IMG/VR virus record: IMGVR_UViG_3300045988_153646
Strand: one strand, 5' to 3'
Length of the DNA: 11,958 nt
Origin: a virus
Shown: positions 7,740 to 11,958 of the stretch, in pieces
How positions within the stretch are numbered: the stretch's first letter is position 1
How the letters are laid out: the number at the start of each line of letters is the position of its first letter
Made by a program: the position numbers and the translations under genes
Notes under the pieces: model-generated
The model's input: the letters and a program-made list of their open reading frames with translations, nothing else
What the model was told of the DNA's origin: nothing
The model's database searches: none

Positions 7740-7763
7740 AGCAGGGGTAATTACACCCCTGCT
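7740..7763 (-). terminator. Hairpin between the major capsid gene and the tail genes (partial terminator or attenuator)
   Basis: AGCAGGGGT (7740-7748) pairs with ACCCCTGCT (7755-7763): a 9-bp GC-rich stem with a 6-nt loop. On the minus-strand RNA it is followed by AAUAUUUUAAAA. Confidence 0.55.
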
Positions 7764-7775
7764 ATATTATAGATT

Positions 7776-8927
7776 TTATGCATCTGCGACAACAAACACA
7801 ATGCAGTTTTCTGCGGTGTCGTTCATATACATAGCGTCCCACTTGTAATAAAATTTTGTAGTTTCGTTGCTAGGATTATAGAATGATGTTACCCTATAAT
7901 TTTCACAACATACCATTGCAGCATCTCTATCAAACAGAACACCGACAACACCCTTCTGTGTTACTGCGGTTTCTGAACCTTCAATGGTGACGTCAATTTT
8001 ACTAGCCTCAGCGAAAGCCACGTTATCAGCATTACCAGAACCCTGCCACCAAGGTACTGTATCATATGTGCCGACCTTAACTAAATCGTCATGGAATGTG
8101 TCAGCCTGCATATTAGTTATCATTGCCTTGTCAAACTGCGACAGCAGTGTCAAATGCTGATATTCATATGGTGTGAACGTTACATATGATGTATCATTAT
8201 ACAACGTTGACATTTCTGTGATGTAGTCACGATATAGTTGTATCTGTGTAGCGGAATATCTCAGGAAATTTTTATCAGTTAGTGCTTTGTCCGCTGTCAG
8301 TGTTGTACCGTATGCTGTGTTGTAGTCTGTCAGCAGATTTACAACGTTATTCTTGCTGTGAATTTTCTGTGCTATCAGGTTATTTACTGTACGTTTTGCC
8401 AGTGACGTGTTATAGAACGCCATTGCTGAACGTATACGATTTTCAATATTGGCAAAAAACGCATTCATACTAGCAGGACTTGCAAAACTTGACTTAACCT
8501 GTTCGTAACCATATGACACTTTAGTTTCATATGTTACACGCTTATTCCAATATTTAGTTGACACGTTTGGCGGTGTAAACACTGCGAAATCATCATACTT
8601 AGTGTCTGCCACAAGTTTCCATGTGTCATTCTCGGTTGCCTTTGGTAGGTCTACCCTGATTTTTTCTAGCACTGAACCATATTCCCAGTTATCACGGATA
8701 ATAGCAGGCGCACCGCCCGTGTATGTGCGGTCAACGTTAATCACCCTGCCGACCTTATCCATAATTTTTTTGACGTAGTTATCAACACCCCCGTCAGCGG
8801 TCAGAACGTTAGTGAACGCCCTGCCGATATCGACTATATTTGACAAATCTTCATTGACAACGGCAGTTTCACCAATCATTTCTTTTGAAATCTCATTGAG
8901 AATGGTTGCGACCTGTGTTACTTTCAT
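7776..8927 (-). CDS. Major capsid protein, phi29 gp8-like (383 aa)
   Basis: AAGGAG at 8942-8937 with a 9-nt spacer. Size and position fit. C-terminal strings VLFDRDAAMV....YNPSNETTKFYYKW parallel the remembered phi29 gp8 strings VLVDKDWFMV....RNPRGLYWNYYYHVW. There is no Ig-like C-terminal extension. Confidence 0.8.
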   Translation of the reverse strand: MKVTQVATILNEISKEMIGETAVVNEDLSNIVDIGRAFTNVLTADGGVDNYVKKIMDKVGRVINVDRTYTGGAPAIIRDNWEYGSVLEKIRVDLPKATENDTWKLVADTKYDDFAVFTPPNVSTKYWNKRVTYETKVSYGYEQVKSSFASPASMNAFFANIENRIRSAMAFYNTSLAKRTVNNLIAQKIHSKNNVVNLLTDYNTAYGTTLTADKALTDKNFLRYSATQIQLYRDYITEMSTLYNDTSYVTFTPYEYQHLTLLSQFDKAMITNMQADTFHDDLVKVGTYDTVPWWQGSGNADNVAFAEASKIDVTIEGSETAVTQKGVVGVLFDRDAAMVCCENYRVTSFYNPSNETTKFYYKWDAMYMNDTAENCIVFVVADA

Positions 8928-8943
8928 TTAACATTTCTCCTTT

Positions 8944-9639
8944 TTAATATATTGATAAGCAAATTATATTTGCTATATCTGTTACAAACTGCGCTATGGC
9001 TGAAAAATCTGCGACTTCACGCTCAGATTGTATCATCTGTTGTGATGTTGTTACGCCTATATTACCACTGCGTTTAAACTCATGTGTAGTTTTTTCCGTT
9101 CCTGTTGTGGTTGTTTTGCCGGTTGATGAATTTTCTGTATTAGTGGTATTAGTGGTATCTGATGTACCCTTGTTTTGATTTATAAAATCTGCGGTGTTAT
9201 CATAGGTTGTTACTGCTGATGTTGTTGTTGTGGTGTCCGTTGCGTTTCCGCTAGATGTTCCGCTAGCCGTAGTATTTGAAACTAGGTCAGGGGTTCTAAC
9301 GTCCGTTCCGCTTTCAATCATGGAATAGTTTTCTATAGGATCATATTCCAATGTTTCAGTAGCTAACAGTTTATTGTATTTGGTTTGATATGTACGGGCG
9401 AATATTGTGCAATAGTTAGTTAGCTGTGTTATTGCTTTTGTTGTTTCCTGCTGTGTTATAGGAAATTGTTTAAACACCAATCTATCAGCATTATACATTT
9501 GAAATAAATCAAATATTTCTGACGGGGTTTCACTGAAATTAATGAACGTTTTTACACTGTTGAAAATGTTTTTAAACGTTGCAATGTTTTCGTTCCAATA
9601 GTCAACAGTTGCGAACCCGTATTTATCTATCTTATCCAT
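8944..9639 (-). CDS. Structural protein (231 aa) with a Ser/Thr-rich central tract; possibly a lower collar or head-tail adaptor
   Basis: AAGGGGTG at 9653-9646 with a 6-nt spacer to ATG 9639; the track start at 9681 is a TTG with no RBS. It lies between the portal and the capsid gene. A 65-aa tract (nt 9085-9279) is made almost entirely of T/S/N/G/D. The functional call is positional only. Confidence 0.4.
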   Translation of the reverse strand: MDKIDKYGFATVDYWNENIATFKNIFNSVKTFINFSETPSEIFDLFQMYNADRLVFKQFPITQQETTKAITQLTNYCTIFARTYQTKYNKLLATETLEYDPIENYSMIESGTDVRTPDLVSNTTASGTSSGNATDTTTTTSAVTTYDNTADFINQNKGTSDTTNTTNTENSSTGKTTTTGTEKTTHEFKRSGNIGVTTSQQMIQSEREVADFSAIAQFVTDIANIICLSIY

Positions 9640-9820
9640 TATGTTCACCCCTTGCGGACTGCGTACCAAAATAGAATGCAATAACAGTGGTATAAATGTT
9701 TAGCAGTTCACTGCCCGTTATTTTATTCCTCATTGTTATTATCATCACTGTTATTGTCAACAGCAGTGTCACTATTGATTTTACTGTTATCAGTTTCATC
9801 AATTTGTCCTTGGTGGTCAT
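9632..9820 (-). CDS. Small 2-TM membrane protein (62 aa), holin-like, overprinted on the portal 3' end
   Basis: AAGGGAG at 9836-9830 with a 9-nt spacer to ATG 9820. Two hydrophobic helices (ITVKSIVTLLLTITVMIITM and LLNIYTTVIAFYFGT) and a charged C-terminus. It overlaps the portal by 98 nt in another frame and fills what would otherwise be an 83-nt gap. Its stop overlaps the next start (ATGGATAA). Confidence 0.45.
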   Translation of the reverse strand: MTTKDKLMKLITVKSIVTLLLTITVMIITMRNKITGSELLNIYTTVIAFYFGTQSARGEHNG

Positions 9821-10700
9821 TGTTTAGCACTCCCTTCCATTCTTTAGAAAAATCAACAGTTATATGTGTGTTAAACATTGCGTTAATTTTTTGTACTGCC
9901 TCTTGCAGATTATTCAACATATCAATAACATTGATTGTTAAACATTCGTCATTGACGGCTATTTCCTCACCGCTGACACGTTCACGTTTCATGTTATAGT
10001 TAGCATTTACGCCTATTGAATGATAGAATTGTGCTAGAATATATTGGTTTAATTCGACCAATTCTTTAATATACTGCGCTCCCCCTGCGGTACTTTCGAC
10101 CATAGGGTTTATTTTTAGTGCGTTGATTAGGTCATTCAAAACAACTTCATATGGTTCTCCGTCATACATTCGCTGTATTGCGTTTTCGACAGATATTTTC
10201 TGCGCCTGATTACCAGCAGTTACTATAGCAGTTAAACGTGTGTTACGCTGTGCAATGTTTATTGATGAAATATTGTCAGCTAGTAGCTGTGCAGTTGTAG
10301 ATATTAAACCAAACAAACCGCCCGTTTCACCATTACTGCACATTTTGTCTGTATCTGTCAGATACATTAAAACACCCGTTTTGTCTATATCAACTATTTT
10401 AGTGCCTAGAATTGGATTAGATATTATAAACTGACTAGGATAATAGTAAACGTTAGGTTCACCGCCATAATTGCCGTTTAGTGCGTATAATTCCCCTTTA
10501 AAATCAGTCCATATCACACGCCCCTGCGTAATCAGTGTTATAGCTAAAAAATTTTCGTCAACTGTTTTAGGCAAGTCACCCCATGCAAACATATTTGTTA
10601 CACGATTTAACAGTGTTTTCACATAGTAGTTATACATTGATTTTACTTTGTTGACCTTGATACATTCAGGTAACCAATCTCTCGACTTATCTTTACTCAT
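9723..10700 (-). CDS. Portal (upper collar/connector) protein, phi29 gp10-like (325 aa)
   Basis: GAGGTG RBS at 10710-10705. The strings FAWGDLPKTVDENFLAITLITQGRV and NMKRERVSGEEIAVNDE parallel the remembered phi29 gp10 strings [25 protein letters not shown] and NLEKKERMVTDEVSSNDE. Similar length and an acidic C-terminal tail. Confidence 0.88.
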   Translation of the reverse strand: MSKDKSRDWLPECIKVNKVKSMYNYYVKTLLNRVTNMFAWGDLPKTVDENFLAITLITQGRVIWTDFKGELYALNGNYGGEPNVYYYPSQFIISNPILGTKIVDIDKTGVLMYLTDTDKMCSNGETGGLFGLISTTAQLLADNISSINIAQRNTRLTAIVTAGNQAQKISVENAIQRMYDGEPYEVVLNDLINALKINPMVESTAGGAQYIKELVELNQYILAQFYHSIGVNANYNMKRERVSGEEIAVNDECLTINVIDMLNNLQEAVQKINAMFNTHITVDFSKEWKGVLNNDHQGQIDETDNSKINSDTAVDNNSDDNNNEE

Positions 10701-10724
10701 TTTCTCACCTCTTTCAGCCCTTAA

Positions 10725-10746
10725 GGGCTATAGTTATCTATAGCCC
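10725..10746 (-). terminator. Hairpin spanning the ssb stop codon (attenuator or partial terminator ahead of the structural genes)
   Basis: GGGCTATAG (10725-10733) pairs with CTATAGCCC (10738-10746): a 9-bp stem with a 4-nt loop, and the ssb TAA (10736-10734) sits in the loop. An alternative 5-bp pairing exists between AGCCC (10716-10720) and GGGCT (10725-10729). Confidence 0.5.
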
Positions 10747-11111
10747 TTGTAGCGGTTATTACTCTTTTTTGGTGGTTCGTTCTGTGTTTCAAAGCGTTCA
10801 CCCGTGAATGATACGTCTGAAACGTGGACACTTGCTGACGTGCGGTTTTTTCCGTCCTTATCGGTATAGTTGTCAATGTTCAATTCACCAGTAACGGCTA
10901 TCATGTTACCCTTGTCAAAATATTTAGATATAAACACAGCCGTTGAGTTCCAAGCAGTGCAGTTGATAAAATCTGTTATCTTTTCATCAGCGCTCTTGTA
11001 ATTGCGCTCTACAGCAATTGTGAAACGGGTATACCTATTATCACTGTTATCACACTTGATAACGTCAGGTTTAGCCGTCAGACGTCCCATTAAAATAATT
11101 TTGTTTAGCAT
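10734..11111 (-). CDS. ssb: Single-stranded DNA-binding protein, bacterial OB-fold type (125 aa)
   Basis: AAGGAG at 11125-11120 with an 8-nt spacer to ATG 11111; the track start at 11120 is a GTG inside the RBS. Canonical SSB N-terminus MLNKIILMGRLTAKPDV, then FINCTAWNSTAVFISKYFDKGNMIAVTGEL...DKDGKNR. The C-terminus is basic (KKSNNRYKGYR) rather than the usual acidic D-D-D-I-P-F tip. Confidence 0.92.
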   Translation of the reverse strand: MLNKIILMGRLTAKPDVIKCDNSDNRYTRFTIAVERNYKSADEKITDFINCTAWNSTAVFISKYFDKGNMIAVTGELNIDNYTDKDGKNRTSASVHVSDVSFTGERFETQNEPPKKSNNRYKGYR

Positions 11112-11148
11112 TGTAAACACTCCTTTTGAATATTGTTTCTGTCATAGC

Positions 11149-11164
11149 GTACGGGGTCAGTGCC
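11149..11164. repeat. Repeat copy R2 (GTACGGGGTCAGTGCC)
   Basis: The 9-mer GGGGTCAGT at 11153-11161 recurs exactly 40 bp away at 11193-11201. The flanks share GTA..GGGG and ..GCC. Confidence 0.6.
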
Positions 11165-11182
11165 TGCACTTATTTTCATATC

Positions 11183-11210
11183 CTAGTGTATAGGGGTCAG
11201 TCTATGCCCG
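11183..11210. repeat. Repeat copy R1 (CTAGTGTATAGGGGTCAGTCTATGCCCG), also related to 5071-5097
   Basis: Shares GGGGTCAGT with R2. It also shares CTAG..TATAGGGGT-(5/6 nt)-TATGCCCG with the central terminator region (5071-5097: CTAGTATAGGGGTTTATAATATGCCCG). Confidence 0.6.
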
Positions 11211-11389
11211 CCTTGCTATTGCTCACGTTTAACCGCCATGTATAAATTATCGTGCATATGTAAACTCATACCTACAATTCTTTTTTCAATATTATGTTAT
11301 GGTGTTGGCGGTTTGGAATAGGGCTAATTATTTATTCACGCTAACCCTGCGGAACGTGCGACAATCTATTTGAAGGAGGTTACACCTTT

Positions 11390-11418
11390 AGTATAACACT
11401 TAAAATAGAAATTGTCAA
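11390..11418 (-). promoter_or_regulatory. Near-consensus sigma-A promoter (TTGACA-17 nt-TATACT with extended -10 TG) for the right-arm operon
   Basis: On the minus strand: TTGACA at 11418-11413, a 17-nt spacer ending in TGT, and TATACT at 11395-11390. It shares the 10-mer TGTTATACTA with the ITR promoters. Predicted transcription start near G11383. Confidence 0.75.
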
Positions 11419-11420
11419 TG

Positions 11421-11726
11421 TTAAACTATGTACTGTGATAGAACACTGCGTAGCATAGCCATTGATATATTAGCGTTGCCTAGATACGGATATTCACATT
11501 TGATACAGTCGCTAACGTCATCATATCTTAAATAGCTGAAACCTAATTCGTCAGTAAATATTTCTGACGCCATATAATGCTCAAATATAACGTTTGGTAC
11601 AAGCATAACTGTATTATCTATATTGTCATACCAAATATTAGCCGATGTTCGTTTGTCTAACGGCATCTTATTGTATGTTCCCACAGTATTTTTTACACCC
11701 TTGATGTTCTTTCCATTAATTTTCAT
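11421..11726 (-). CDS. Hypothetical protein (101 aa), first gene of the right arm, driven by the ITR cassette
   Basis: ATG 11726 is the mirrored ITR start codon, preceded by the same AGGAG. The 21-residue N-terminal extension in the track ORF (start 11789) is the same ITR-encoded artefact seen at the left end. No recognisable motif. Confidence 0.6.
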   Translation of the reverse strand: MKINGKNIKGVKNTVGTYNKMPLDKRTSANIWYDNIDNTVMLVPNVIFEHYMASEIFTDELGFSYLRYDDVSDCIKCEYPYLGNANISMAMLRSVLSQYIV

Positions 11727-11729
11727 ATT

Positions 11730-11958
11730 GTAACAACTCCTTAGATTTAATGTTGTAATCTTCTCTTGATTACATATATAGTATAACATATATAGCCGGC
11801 AATTGCAATTAATAAATTGTATTGTTTATATATACGTTTTGTTATTTTGTTGTGTTGTTTAACTAATTGTGTTTGGTCTGCTTCACTGCTTTAGCACTTT
11901 AGTGTATTAAAGCGTTTGGGGAAATGTGAACAAATTGTTAAATCCCATAAGTACCTAT
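11730..11958. repeat. Right inverted terminal repeat (ITR-R)
   Basis: Exact reverse complement of 1-229 and ends at the last base of the window. With ITR-L it delimits a linear replicon typical of protein-primed genomes. Confidence 0.97.
11780..11808 (-). promoter_or_regulatory. Mirror copy of the ITR promoter, firing inward from the right end
   Basis: Identical sequence because it lies within the ITR: -35 at 11808-11803 and -10 at 11785-11780 on the minus strand. It drives the ORF starting at 11726. Confidence 0.7.

Larger units (their letters stand above)
11112..11383 (-). ncRNA. Long (~270 nt) untranslated leader or candidate structured non-coding RNA upstream of ssb (a pRNA-like role is speculative)
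   Basis: No ORF with an RBS on either strand across ~300 bp, in a genome where other gaps are under 70 bp. It begins about 7 nt after a near-consensus promoter. It contains several stems (AACCGCC/GGCGGTT, AGGGTTA/TAGCCCT) and a 5'-end segment complementary to the ssb RBS. Confidence 0.35.

Noticed and set aside
7766-7771. A perfect TATAAT hexamer on the minus strand just downstream of the capsid stop, as a possible tail-gene promoter
   Set aside because: The best -35 candidate is only TTGTTG at an 18-nt spacing. Transcription would start inside the hairpin arm at 7763. An A/T-rich hexamer here is expected by chance, so I kept the hairpin and not the promoter.
314-11193. Antisense shadow ORFs from the track: 314-574(-), 1338-1646(-), 2176-2427(-), 5745-6092(+), 6093-6296(+), 6649-6885(+), 7295-7510(+), 8282-8473(+), 8996-9178(+), 9733-9999(+), 10240-10434(+), 11002-11193(+)
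   Set aside because: Each lies opposite a well-supported gene with recognisable motifs and lacks an AGGAG-type RBS. Their compositions are typical of antisense frames (Cys, Leu, Ser and Phe-rich, low complexity).
11112-11383. Direct identification of the leader as a phi29-type pRNA
   Set aside because: I could not identify by eye the characteristic three-way junction with complementary left and right loops, or a terminator that defines a discrete RNA. It is reported only as a hypothesis, not as an annotated pRNA.
11372-11440. Perfect + strand SD (GAAGGAGG, 11372-11379) and a tiny + strand ORF beginning at ATG 11418
   Set aside because: No start codon lies 5-12 nt after the SD, and the ATG further on opens only a ~6-codon frame. 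The motif is better explained as the complement of the anti-SD-like 5' end of the minus-strand leader.
1-11958. Alternative identities for an ITR-bounded element with PolB: tectivirus, casposon or polinton-like transposon, linear plasmid
   Set aside because: A phi29-type portal, an HK97-class gp8-like capsid protein and tail-knob-like genes are present. There is no double-jelly-roll capsid or membrane-protein set, and no Cas1, integrase or transposase. A tailed podophage is the best fit.
1-11958. Mollicute host with genetic code 4, suggested by the P1-like size and the missing endolysin
   Set aside because: TGA clearly terminates well-defined genes (392-394, 3933-3935 and 7210-7212 on the minus strand) and Trp is encoded by TGG. 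GC content, judged by eye at roughly the high 30s percent, is above that of typical Mycoplasma phages. A wall-less host that uses the standard code cannot be excluded.
1-11958. tRNA genes, CRISPR arrays, integrase or lysogeny module, and IS elements
   Set aside because: No cloverleaf-like segments, repeat-spacer arrays or recombinase motifs were seen. Apart from 11112-11420, non-coding space is too small to hold them.

Overview
The window is bounded by perfect 229-bp inverted terminal repeats (ITRs) that reach both window edges. It therefore reads as one complete 11,958-bp linear dsDNA genome, not a chromosomal fragment. The gene content is that of a miniature phi29-like, protein-primed podophage. 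Left arm (+ strand): three small ORFs, a basic protein in the terminal-protein position, a family-B protein-primed DNA polymerase with all exonuclease and polymerase motifs readable, a small ORF, and a phi29 gp16-like packaging ATPase. Right arm (- strand): one small ITR-driven ORF, a near-consensus promoter followed by a ~270-nt stretch with no credible ORF, a bacterial-type SSB, a phi29 gp10-like portal, a small 2-TM ORF overprinted on the portal 3' end, a Ser/Thr-rich collar-like protein, a phi29 gp8-like major capsid protein, and two tail proteins (168 aa and 697 aa). The two arms are transcribed inward and converge on hairpins at 5055-5110. Almost every gene has a strong AGGAG-type Shine-Dalgarno site, and the promoters are extended -10 type (TGnTATACT), which suggests a Gram-positive (Bacillota-like) host using the standard genetic code. 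I found no integrase, tRNA, CRISPR array or recognisable endolysin. The most interesting points are: (a) each ITR carries a full promoter/5'UTR/RBS/ATG cassette; (b) the long leader upstream of ssb has 5'-3' complementarity and repeated motifs, and could be a pRNA-like or regulatory RNA; (c) the overprinted membrane ORF; (d) the missing endolysin; (e) an apparently split tail-knob gene. All homology statements rest on motif recognition by eye and on remembered phi29 sequences. No database search was run.
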